Below are positions 1 through 8,619 of a DNA stretch of 64,000 nt, piece after piece. The DNA lies in the NCBI GenBank assembly GCA_963835255.1, contig CAWIFY010000022.1, positions 35,784-99,783 on the forward strand. Direction: 5' to 3'. The first letter of the stretch is position 1; each line of letters begins with the position of its first letter. The position numbers and the translations under genes were made by a program. This stretch comes from Terriglobia bacterium (GTDB lineage: Bacteria; Acidobacteriota; Terriglobia; Bryobacterales; Bryobacteraceae). The notes under the pieces were generated by a model that did no database searches, had not been told where the DNA came from, and saw only the letters and a list, made by a program, of their open reading frames with translations.

Positions 1-1377
1 TACATCAATGCGGCGAGCGTCTCGATGTGGGCGGAGAAGAGCGGGCCGGGACAGTTGACGATCCACACCCGGACTCCTCTCTGGGGAGACACGCTGAGCG
101 TGAGTTCTACCTCCGCCGCTGGAGAGATTGCTTATACAGGAAACCTGAATCAGGGCGCCGACGGCACGTGGCAGATCGACACAATGGCGCCGAGCCCGAT
201 CAATTATCCGGTTAATCAGTGGCACGCCGACCTTTTTCAAGCCGTGAACGCCGCCGGCTTGCTGATTACAACCTCGTTTTCGATGGAGCTGGTGAACCCG
301 CCGGACGACGGCACGCCCGCGAATGCATGGAAGGCGAGGTTCCCAAATGGAACTGCGGTGGATACTGCGACCGATTTCAGCGGCGTTCTGTCCTCGCAAT
401 GCGCGCCGATTGCAAATCTTACTAGTTACCAGCAGCTTGCCTATAAGCAAATGGCCGGCCTGCAAAGCGCGGCCGGATTGACTCCCTGGCTTCAATTCGG
501 TGAGTTTCTGTGGTGGTATTACAGCTCACAGCAAACAGTTCCGGCAGGCTACGTGGCGTATACGAGCCCGATCTCGATTGGAGTGGCCATTAATCATGGC
601 TTATCGACCGGAGATCGCGTCATTATGTCCGGCGTAGAAGGAATGACAAGCGCGAACGGAACCTGGACTGTAACGGTGACCGACCCTACGCACTTCACGT
701 TGAACGGCTCGATCCCTAATGCGGCATGGGTAAGCGGAAGCGGAACCGTCTGGTACAAATCGATGGCCTACTACGACGCGGTGACAACGGCGGCGGCTAA
801 CACGGCGCTGGGTCGTCCGCTTTACCCGTTCATCGATCCGGACGATGATCCGTCAGTAAACGGCGGCGCAGACGCAAATTTCCTTGCCGGGCAATTGAAG
901 ACTCATGTGGATGCGATCCGCACGGCAGTACTGGCCGCCTATCCGAACACGAAATTTGAAATTCTCTATCCAAATGATGTGAACAATTCCGTCTGCTATC
1001 GTCCAGCCAATCTTCCGGCGCAGGGCGGACGGCTGAACGCAGCCGTCAATTTGCCGGAAGCCTGGCGGACCAAAGCAGGCAGTGGGCTCGACCGCTTCAA
1101 AGTGGAAGCACTAAGTTGGGGCGCGACGTACTTGAATCTTGATCTCGCAGTCCAAGCGATCACTTTTCCGTTCACAGGCGCGATGTCATGGGAGCCGGCC
1201 GACGTGGCATACCTGATTCCATGGTTTAATGGCGTGTGCCCCTGGGCATCGGAGTATCAGTTCGCGGCGAGCTCAGGGATCGGATTAATCAATTTTTGGG
1301 CGTACGACCACGTCGGACTCATGTCATGGCCAGTGCCGTTCCCGAGCCCAACGCGTCGGTCGTTTTTCGCGGGGTAA
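1..1377 (+). CDS. hypothetical protein, 5' end off the window
   Basis: The ORF listed at 25..1377 has no in-frame stop back to nt 1, so it is probably 5'-partial. No family recognised. It contains a beta-rich insert, GDRVIMSGVEGMTSANGTWTVTVTDPTHFTLNGS. Confidence 0.55.
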   Translation, partial: YINAASVSMWAEKSGPGQLTIHTRTPLWGDTLSVSSTSAAGEIAYTGNLNQGADGTWQIDTMAPSPINYPVNQWHADLFQAVNAAGLLITTSFSMELVNPPDDGTPANAWKARFPNGTAVDTATDFSGVLSSQCAPIANLTSYQQLAYKQMAGLQSAAGLTPWLQFGEFLWWYYSSQQTVPAGYVAYTSPISIGVAINHGLSTGDRVIMSGVEGMTSANGTWTVTVTDPTHFTLNGSIPNAAWVSGSGTVWYKSMAYYDAVTTAAANTALGRPLYPFIDPDDDPSVNGGADANFLAGQLKTHVDAIRTAVLAAYPNTKFEILYPNDVNNSVCYRPANLPAQGGRLNAAVNLPEAWRTKAGSGLDRFKVEALSWGATYLNLDLAVQAITFPFTGAMSWEPADVAYLIPWFNGVCPWASEYQFAASSGIGLINFWAYDHVGLMSWPVPFPSPTRRSFFAG

Positions 1378-2165
1378 GCGCAGTTGTAGCTTCGTCTAAC
1401 TTTTCTACGATAGAAACCAGCTACGCCCAGCAGTCCGCCTCCCATCAAGAGAATGCTTGCCGGTTCGGGAGTTGCGCCGACCGGCGGCGGAGTGCCGACG
1501 AAAATATCAGCGAGGACGCCATGTGGACCACCGCTTGAGTGCGAATCATAAGTCGTCTCAGACCAGCCATTCGGGTCTATCCCCTCCCACCCGACGTAGA
1601 CACCTGCCGCATTGCCAGCACCCTTGAGAGTGGGATCTGGGCTGAACTGCGAATAAACCGACTCTCCGTTCCACTTCGCGGTGAATGTTACATAGAAGTT
1701 GCCCACATCGGCGCAGTAATTCCACCCATACACGCTTGCTTGAGGCGTGCACTGAGGAGCTAAAACGAGGTTGCCCGAAGCGCTTAGCCCGTAGCCGGTC
1801 TTGGGGGTGAAGGTACCACTGTACTCGTCGTCATAATCGTACGCAAACAAATTCTTAGCGGTCGTTGAGCCGCTAACGCCAGGAATCGAGCCCCAGGTGA
1901 TAATGGCGGTAGATCCCGCCGTTATATCTGCGAGGCCAACGCTCTGGCTGATTCCGTTGTTTAGGCCTGGATAGCCGGTCAGAGTCAACTGTACATTGGT
2001 GAAATTATAGGCGCTCGAATTGTCGACGTGCAGACTAGGCGTGTCGTAGCTATCGACGTCATAAAAGCCATTGATCGTCGCAACCACCGTATCGGCCTTC
2101 ATCACTGGTGGGACGACAGTCACGACGGACGTAAGTGCCGCCGTCACTAACAATTTATGCTTCAT
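1257..2165 (-). CDS. PEP-CTERM sorting-domain secreted protein
   Basis: The internal ATG at 2165 gives the signal peptide MKHKLLVTAALTSVVTVVPPVMKA. The C-terminal TPEPASILLMGGGLLGVAGFYRRK is a PEP motif, a TM helix and a basic cluster. The ORF runs about 45 codons beyond the motif. Confidence 0.75.
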   Translation of the reverse strand: MKHKLLVTAALTSVVTVVPPVMKADTVVATINGFYDVDSYDTPSLHVDNSSAYNFTNVQLTLTGYPGLNNGISQSVGLADITAGSTAIITWGSIPGVSGSTTAKNLFAYDYDDEYSGTFTPKTGYGLSASGNLVLAPQCTPQASVYGWNYCADVGNFYVTFTAKWNGESVYSQFSPDPTLKGAGNAAGVYVGWEGIDPNGWSETTYDSHSSGGPHGVLADIFVGTPPPVGATPEPASILLMGGGLLGVAGFYRRKVRRSYNCAYPAKNDRRVGLGNGTGHDMSPTWSYAQKLINPIPELAAN

Positions 2166-2383
2166 ATCCGAATATTCGCCATTTGAACCGAGAGTTTTCA
2201 GCTTTTCTTCCCGAATTAGCGCATTCAGCTTACAGAATAAGCTATTCTCTACATCGATAAGGCAACGCAGGCAGGCTTGCTGTCGGTACCAATAGAATCT
2301 AATGGAAATTCCGCTGCATTGGAATCCCGGCTGCCTTCTAGACGCCGCCAAGGATCTGCAAAATTGGCGATGTACAGAGCCTC

Positions 2384-4270
2384 TTAGAAAAATTTGTTTT
2401 TGCAGGCTTCGTAGCGGGTACGCGCGATCGTCATGAGTTGTGGGAACTGAGCTTCGTGACGAACGTTTTCCATAAGAGGATCTGTAACGAAGTAAGGATA
2501 GGAAAAGAACCCATTTTGAATGCTGTAGCGCAACATACGTAGGGCGGAAGCCTTATCCCTCAGAACAGCATACGCTTGGGCAATCTTGTAGGTCGCCTCC
2601 GGATCGCCCACTCCGCGTTGCTGGATCTTATTCTCCAGTTTGTGCAGTATCTCCAGTCCCTCAGAGTCTTTGTGCCCGATGGAATCGCTGAACGCCATTC
2701 CGATCTGCGCGTATAACGAGGGATCGAGTTCGTAGGCGCGCTCGAAATCTTTCGCCGCGCGGTCCCAGTTCTTTTGGTGGTACTCTCCAAAGCCTTGATA
2801 AAAGACAAAAAACGCAGAGTCGCTAGCGTCCGGCAGACTCTGAAGAAACTTGTCGTACTCTCCGAGATAGAGATAGCTGTTACAGGCTGAACCGTTAGCC
2901 TTGACCAAGGGATCGATCTGGCGCGCACACTCACATTCCGTGGCCGACTCTTTCAACATCCCCGCGAACCGGTAGGCATATGCCAGTTCCCAGTGCAGCG
3001 CCGCATGTTTGGGGTTGCTCTCGAGCGCGTCTCGCAGCATAGGCACAGCCTGCTCAACTTTGCCGGTATCGATAAGCAAGTTGGCCAGAAACATAGTTGC
3101 TTCCAATTGCTTGGGCTGTAGCGCAAGCGCACGTTCATAGGCCGCTTGCGCTTTGCGGTATTGTTCGCGGCCACCAAACTCGAAGGTGGCAGCCGACGTG
3201 TAGGACTGCCCGAGATAAGCCCACGTCAGCGAATAGTTCGGGTCGATTTCGGCCGACTTCTCAAGCATCCTGACAGCGAAACGAAAATTATGGCTGCCCA
3301 TAAGATCGGTTCCCCGCAAATAGTATTCATAGGCCAGCGGGTTAACAGGCTCTTCGGGCTCGATCCGCTCCACCTCGGACGGAGATAGCTTCAGCTGTAG
3401 TCCCTTGATGATCTGGCGAACGACATTGTCCTGGACCGTCAAGAGCTTGTCATATTTTAGATCGATCGTGTCCCTGCCCAGGATGCGGTCAGTCTTCACA
3501 TCGATCAATTGATAGGTAATTCTGAGCTCATCGCCGTCCCGAATGAAGTTACCGGCAAGCAGCGTATCGACATTCAATTCGGCGGCAACCTTTGGAGGAT
3601 CGATTGTCTGTCCTCTATATTTCTCAACAGCGGAGGAGGGCCGGACCGTCAAAGAACTAACCGTCGCCAACTTGGTGATGATCGCATCGGCGAGAGAAAA
3701 GCCGAGGAAGTCGTTGTCGGGGTCGTGCCTGAGATTTCGTAGCGGAAGAATCGCAAGACTGCGCTGCACCGCCGCGGTGTGCGCCGGAGTCGCTCCCTTT
3801 CGGTGCAGGAGGTAGGCGACCGTTGTCAGCCCGCAGGCGAGGACCGCGAGAGTAGCTATGAGAATCCGGTATCGCCAGCTTACCCGGCTCGCCCCCTCCG
3901 GCAAAACCGGCACGGCTTCTATCGGGATGATGTCCGGATTCTTTGTCTCTCTGACTGAAGCGGTAAAGCGGTAACCCTTTTTGGGGACCGTCTCAATGTA
4001 TTGCTGGCCATCATCTGTTTTTCCCAGCGCCTTTCGTAGAGCCGAAATCGACACGGTGAGATTCGCGTCCTCCACGAAACTGCCCGGCCAGACCGCCTGC
4101 ATGATTTGGTCCTTAATCACGAGCCGGCCATGGTTCTCAACCAGGTAGAGGAGCAGTTCAAAAGCCTTGGGCGCAAGTAGAACCTGCTCCCCCCCTCGCA
4201 GGAGCCGGTGCTCGACTGGTTCCAGGCGAAAGGGACCGAATTCGTAAAAGCTCGGTGTTTTCAGCACCAT
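2384..4270 (-). CDS. CadC/OmpR-type winged-helix transcriptional regulator with TM segment and TPR repeats
   Basis: The N-terminus FGPFRLEPVEHRLLRGGEQVLLAPKAFELLLYLVENHGRLVIKDQIMQAVWPG...VPKKGYRF is a trans_reg_C wHTH. A single TM (ILIATLAVLACGLTTVAYLL) follows, and the C-terminal half has TPR-like repeats. Confidence 0.85.
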   Translation of the reverse strand: MVLKTPSFYEFGPFRLEPVEHRLLRGGEQVLLAPKAFELLLYLVENHGRLVIKDQIMQAVWPGSFVEDANLTVSISALRKALGKTDDGQQYIETVPKKGYRFTASVRETKNPDIIPIEAVPVLPEGASRVSWRYRILIATLAVLACGLTTVAYLLHRKGATPAHTAAVQRSLAILPLRNLRHDPDNDFLGFSLADAIITKLATVSSLTVRPSSAVEKYRGQTIDPPKVAAELNVDTLLAGNFIRDGDELRITYQLIDVKTDRILGRDTIDLKYDKLLTVQDNVVRQIIKGLQLKLSPSEVERIEPEEPVNPLAYEYYLRGTDLMGSHNFRFAVRMLEKSAEIDPNYSLTWAYLGQSYTSAATFEFGGREQYRKAQAAYERALALQPKQLEATMFLANLLIDTGKVEQAVPMLRDALESNPKHAALHWELAYAYRFAGMLKESATECECARQIDPLVKANGSACNSYLYLGEYDKFLQSLPDASDSAFFVFYQGFGEYHQKNWDRAAKDFERAYELDPSLYAQIGMAFSDSIGHKDSEGLEILHKLENKIQQRGVGDPEATYKIAQAYAVLRDKASALRMLRYSIQNGFFSYPYFVTDPLMENVRHEAQFPQLMTIARTRYEACKNKFF

Positions 4271-4422
4271 GGCGTAGGTTCACCGGTTTGCGGAAGTTCT
4301 TTGGAAATTATTCGGAAATTCTTTATTGGCCCTTAAGGACGAAAAGCTTCGCCATAGACCAGTATGGCGTAGTCCGGGCTCATCAGAGTGACACTCGGAT
4401 TCGAAAAAAGGAGAACATCGAA

Positions 4423-5052
4423 ATGAAAAGGTCGCTTATAGCAGCGTTTACCGCAATCGGTCTCTGGACAGCCGCAGTGCCGGCATCTGCCCAGGTTCCG
4501 GAGATCGTTTTTAACCTTGTACCTCAACCGGCGTTTGTCAATTGCCTCGGAGAGCCGTATGGTCCCGCTCCTACCGCCGAAGCAATTGTTCAGAGAGGCG
4601 AGCTGAATGACATTCTGATTCTGCGCGCCCACCACCTGAGGCCAAATTTGGGATTCGACCTCTTCACCATCCAGAACAGCAATCTGCAAGCTAATGGAGA
4701 GGTGAACCCGAATTTCAAAAACTTCGGACTCGCCTGGTATCAGACAGATCTCCAGGCTGACAGCAACGGAGAGGCCGAGGTGGCGATCAAAACGATCCTG
4801 CTGGATCAGATATTTGGCTTCGATCCAGCTTCCTCCCTGGCGCCCACTCACACCTTTCATGTCGGGTTCTGGTTCAACAAACCTGAAGATGCCGCCGCGT
4901 GCGGGTTTAATCCGGCCAAACCGACTCCCTTCAACGGAGAACAGCACGCAGGGCCAAATGCAATGATCTCGGTGCCGAATCCTGTCACGAACCTCGGGCC
5001 CCTATGCACCGGTCCGCGGAAACAAGGATCCACATTCGTCTGCACTGAATAG
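4423..5052 (+). CDS. secreted hypothetical protein
   Basis: The ATG at 4423 is preceded by AAAAGGAGA. The signal peptide is MKRSLIAAFTAIGLWTAAVPASAQ. No family recognised. Confidence 0.6.
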   Translation: MKRSLIAAFTAIGLWTAAVPASAQVPEIVFNLVPQPAFVNCLGEPYGPAPTAEAIVQRGELNDILILRAHHLRPNLGFDLFTIQNSNLQANGEVNPNFKNFGLAWYQTDLQADSNGEAEVAIKTILLDQIFGFDPASSLAPTHTFHVGFWFNKPEDAAACGFNPAKPTPFNGEQHAGPNAMISVPNPVTNLGPLCTGPRKQGSTFVCTE

Positions 5053-5085
5053 CGACACCGAAACGCATCTTGAAAGGAGCATGCG

Positions 5086-6168
5086 ATGCCAGGGGAATCG
5101 ACGCTAGCGCACGGCATTATGGAAGGCAAGGGCGCCTACAACGCCCACGCCAAACTTCAGGCAGGCGGTATCGCTTTGGCGTTGCCGCTCCTGGAGAAAG
5201 CAGTTCGGAACATAGAACTGGGCGCCGGCGATCAACCGGTGATGATCGCCGACTATGGATCGTCGCAGGGCAAGAACTCGCTAGCGCCAATGCGGGTTGC
5301 CATTGAAAGTCTGCGGCCGCGACTGCTCCCGAATCGTCCCATCTTTGTCTTTCACATCGACCAACCCTCAAATGACTTCAACACGCTCTTCGAAGTGCTG
5401 GATGCGGACTCGGACAGGTATGCCCAGGACCACCCGAATGTATATCCTTGTGCGATCGGAAGGTCGTTCTACCAGCAGGTGCTTCCCCCTCATTCGGTGC
5501 ATCTCGGGTGGTGCTCGTATGCGGCAGTGTGGTTGAGCCAGATTCCCGCGCGGATTCCTGGACATTTCCTTCCGCTTCGCAGCACAGGTCCCGAACGCGC
5601 GACCTTCCAGCGTCAAGCAGCGCAGGATTGGAAAGCTTTCCTTTTCTTGCGCGCGGCGGAATTGCGGCCAGCGGGCCGTCTCGTTGTCGTGCTGCCTGCC
5701 CTCAACGACGAAGGAATATCGGGCCTCGAACATTTGATGGACCATGCCAACGCGGTACTCGCGGACATGGTCCATGAAGGCGCGCTTGGCGCGGAGGAAC
5801 GAGAGCGAATGGTACTGGGAACTTGTCCGAGACGGACGCGCGATCTTCTCGCGCCGTTCCAGCCAGACGGGAACTTCCATGACCTTACCGTGGAATATTG
5901 CGAGCCCGTCTCGCTTCCGGACTCCGCATGGGCCGACTACGAATGCGGCGGGAATAAGGAGGCGCTAGCGGCCAAGCATGCCCTCTTCTTCCGTTCGACC
6001 TTTATCGCATCCCTGGCGCTTGGGCTCACCGAGGCCCATAATGCCGAACGGTGCCGGATTTTCGCCGACCGGTTTGAAACCGGATTGAAGCGACGCCTGG
6101 CGGACCAACCGGCGCCGTTGCACTCGTTTGTTCAAATGATCGTCCTGGCCAAGCAGGATTGCAGATAG
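5086..6168 (+). CDS. SAM-dependent carboxyl methyltransferase, SABATH (Methyltransf_7) family
   Basis: Motifs are collinear with plant salicylate/jasmonate carboxyl MTs: IADYGSSQGKNS (cf IADLGCSLGANT), FHIDQPSNDFNTLF (cf FNDLPGNDFNTIF), GRSFYQQVLPPHSVHLGWCSYAAVWLSQIP (cf [29 protein letters not shown]), and FLFLRAAELRPAGRLVV. Confidence 0.85.
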   Translation: MPGESTLAHGIMEGKGAYNAHAKLQAGGIALALPLLEKAVRNIELGAGDQPVMIADYGSSQGKNSLAPMRVAIESLRPRLLPNRPIFVFHIDQPSNDFNTLFEVLDADSDRYAQDHPNVYPCAIGRSFYQQVLPPHSVHLGWCSYAAVWLSQIPARIPGHFLPLRSTGPERATFQRQAAQDWKAFLFLRAAELRPAGRLVVVLPALNDEGISGLEHLMDHANAVLADMVHEGALGAEERERMVLGTCPRRTRDLLAPFQPDGNFHDLTVEYCEPVSLPDSAWADYECGGNKEALAAKHALFFRSTFIASLALGLTEAHNAERCRIFADRFETGLKRRLADQPAPLHSFVQMIVLAKQDCR

Positions 6169-6180
6169 GTATTGAAATGA

Positions 6181-7052
6181 CGTTGGGCGATCTGCTACAC
6201 CACTTATGCAGGAGTTTCACTCTGGGCGCGCCGGTCGCAACGGCTAATCGCAGCCTTTGGCTGGCGTTCGGCATACGCGATCCTTGGCGCCGCGGTTTTA
6301 ATCGTTGTTGTGCCCGTCGTAGGAGGTTTTCTTAAGGACAAGCCGGAGGACCTAGAACTCTTGCCTGACGGAGCAATGCATGCTGAAACCACGGCGCCCG
6401 ACCAAGCCAGTGATGTGGGTTTGAGTTGGCGTGATGCCTCGCACGGTAAACCGTTTTGGATCGTGGTGTGTGCACTGTTTCTAGTGGGAGTAAGTGTGCA
6501 AGGCTGTATCGTCCACTTGACAGCAATGCTCAATGATCGTGGAATACCCATCCGGGCTACAACTGTAGCTAGTTCACTGCTGGGCGCAGCGGTGCTGATC
6601 GGCCGCGTGGGGTCCGGCTACTTGCTCGACCGGTTCTTTGCCCCTTACCTTACAGCTCTCTTCTTTGGTGGTATCGCGGTTGGATTGGTCTGCTTTGGAC
6701 GGGCAGTCCAACAGCTATTGCGTTTGTGGGCGCATTCCTCACTGGGCTGGGCCTGGGCGCAGAAGTAAATATCATCGCCTACTTAACCGGCCGTTCTTTT
6801 GGTCTTCGCTCCTTCGGAGCAATCCATGGCGCTACTTTTGGCGCCTTCGTTTTAGCAGGCGCGTTGGGCCCGTTGGCAATGGGTGCAGGTTTTGACTTGA
6901 CGGGTTCCTATAGTGGACCGCTTGCGGCATTCGTTACCGCGACTTTGACTGCCTCCGTGCTGATGACTCGTCTGGGACCGTACCGATATGGCGCACGCGG
7001 GCCGCAAGAGAGCGAACCTATCTTGCGGCTTCAAACGGAAGATAGAACATGA
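6181..7052 (+). pseudogene. MFS transporter remnant: N-terminal half missing, internally frameshifted
   Basis: The frame opens right after the methyltransferase stop, in mid-protein (..LIAAFGWRSAYAILGAAVLIVVVPVVGGFLKDKPEDL is the TM6/central loop). TM1-5 are absent. The reading frame switches near 6690-6726, from ORF 6310..6768 to ORF 6726..7052 (GAFLTGLGLGAEVNIIAYLTGRSFG). Confidence 0.65.
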
Positions 7053-7313
7053 GCGAACTTTCCATAAGCGCACAAAGAGACGCAAACCGGTTTGCCACGA
7101 TGCCATCCGGCACCGCTAGAGTGCTTCGTTCAAAGACTGGTTCTCGCCAGAGAAAATCCCGCCTGAGCCAAACATCAAGTCCAATGAGTCAGGCCCTCAG
7201 TGTCTTCCACCGATTTCTGCGTGCGCGGGTATAGATTTATCGCGGAAGATCTCGAGAAATTGCTCGCGGCGGCCAGCTTCGCTTTGTAGGTCCGCATTTC
7301 GACGATCGTTGGA

Positions 7314-7676
7314 CTAAATGCGTTCCAGCTCTAGCAGTGTTCGCTCGTTCTGTACATTGCCGGTGTTGAGGGTGGTCTTTGGTTCGAGCAGGACGATATG
7401 GACTTCGCCTTCCGCAACGGGAAGATGCTCGACTCCCTTAGGCACGATGATGAATTCGCCCGGCGAAACGATCACATCACGATCACGAAACCGCATCCGT
7501 AACTCCCCCTCTACGACCAAAAACAGTTCATCTTCGTTTTGGTGGTAGTGCCACACGAATTCGCCATTGAGTTTCACTACCTTCACGTAGGAATCGTTCA
7601 ACTCCCCGACGATTTTCGGGCTCCAGCAGGCGTTAACTTTCGACAATTTTTCCCGCAGATTCACTTTTTCCAGCAT
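7314..7676 (-). CDS. cupin domain protein
   Basis: 120 aa. WHYHQNEDELFLVVEGELRMRF...VIVSPGEFIIVPKGVEHLPVA matches the two cupin motifs. Confidence 0.8.
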   Translation of the reverse strand: MLEKVNLREKLSKVNACWSPKIVGELNDSYVKVVKLNGEFVWHYHQNEDELFLVVEGELRMRFRDRDVIVSPGEFIIVPKGVEHLPVAEGEVHIVLLEPKTTLNTGNVQNERTLLELERI

Positions 7677-7721
7677 TGATTCGGGTGTCCGGTTAAGAAC
7701 GGCTCTCGCCGCGAAGGAGTT

Positions 7722-7796
7722 TGGTAGCGCTAAGGGGAATCGAACCCCTATTTAAGCCTTGAGAGGGCTCCGTCCTAACCGTTAGACGATAGCGCC
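7722..7796 (-). tRNA. tRNA-Glu (anticodon CUC)
   Basis: The reverse complement GGCGCTATCGTCTAACGGTTAGGACGGAGCCCTCTCAAGGCTTAAATAGGGGTTCGATTCCCCTTAGCGCTACCA folds by hand into a cloverleaf. Anticodon loop is CU-CUC-AA, T-loop is TTCGATT, and the CCA is encoded. Pair 1:72 is G:U. Confidence 0.85.
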
Positions 7797-7854
7797 GAAC
7801 CGCACGAGGGCGTTTTCAGTATAACTGGTCATTTCACGCGGTGAACAGGTTACG

Positions 7855-8364
7855 CTAAAGGGCCGTCGGCATCGGCAAAGCGCTCTTACCCAGCGCCCTG
7901 GCTATCAATCCAATCGCCCCGGGTTCGCTGACCGCTTTGGCTACCGAGGTCTCCAGAATGAGCATGCTGCGCGCCCGTTCGAGCATCTTTTTCTCTCGAA
8001 ACGAAAGCGGCTTCGTCATTTGAATGACGACCAGAGCTTTAAAGACTTCGGCGATTTCGAGTAAGCTGCCGCCCTTCATGCGCTCCGAGTTCTCTTTGAA
8101 ACGATCTTTCCAGTCCTGCGCGCAACGGGGCCGTCCGGCCGCCAAATAGGTCAAAACACGGTTAATCTCGCTGCATTTGGTGACTTTGCGAAGTCCCAAA
8201 TCGCTGACATGAGAGAACGGCACCATAACCGTCATGCTGTTTGGCGCAAGGCGCAAAAGGTAGAAACGCTCTTGCTGCGCGCCAAAGAAACGGGAACTGA
8301 TGTTTTCGATTGTCCCAACCCCGTGATTCGGATACACCACTTTCTCACCGACCTGGAAGGTCAT
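7855..8364 (-). CDS. carD: CarD/CdnL family RNA-polymerase-binding transcription factor
   Basis: The N-terminus FQVGEKVVYPNHGVGTIENI...ERFYLLRL is the CarD_CdnL_TRCF signature. Length is 169 aa. Confidence 0.9.
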   Translation of the reverse strand: MTFQVGEKVVYPNHGVGTIENISSRFFGAQQERFYLLRLAPNSMTVMVPFSHVSDLGLRKVTKCSEINRVLTYLAAGRPRCAQDWKDRFKENSERMKGGSLLEIAEVFKALVVIQMTKPLSFREKKMLERARSMLILETSVAKAVSEPGAIGLIARALGKSALPMPTAL

Positions 8365-8420
8365 TCGCGGACCCCTTTTCTCGTTTTAAAGTTCAGTTCA
8401 AATTAAAACAGCCCAAGGGA

Positions 8421-8449
8421 ATATTAAACCTGCATTAAGATTTCGTCAA
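8421..8449 (-). promoter_or_regulatory. candidate sigma70-type promoter of carD
   Basis: On the minus strand, TTGACG (8449..8444) is followed by a 17-nt spacer and TAATAT (8426..8421), about 55 nt upstream of the carD ATG, in an AT-rich intergenic stretch. Confidence 0.4.
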
Positions 8450-8619
8450 TAGAAAAATTGCATCCCACACCTGACGGAGTAGTGTATAGTCGGATGGCCG
8501 TTAAACCCTTGCCTGTGAATATCAAAAGCGCGGAGAGGCACCCGCATAAGGTGTTAAGCACATTCGGCTAAGCGGCCTGTCGTGCAAACGAAGCGCGTTC
8601 TGCGGGAGGGACGGGGAGA

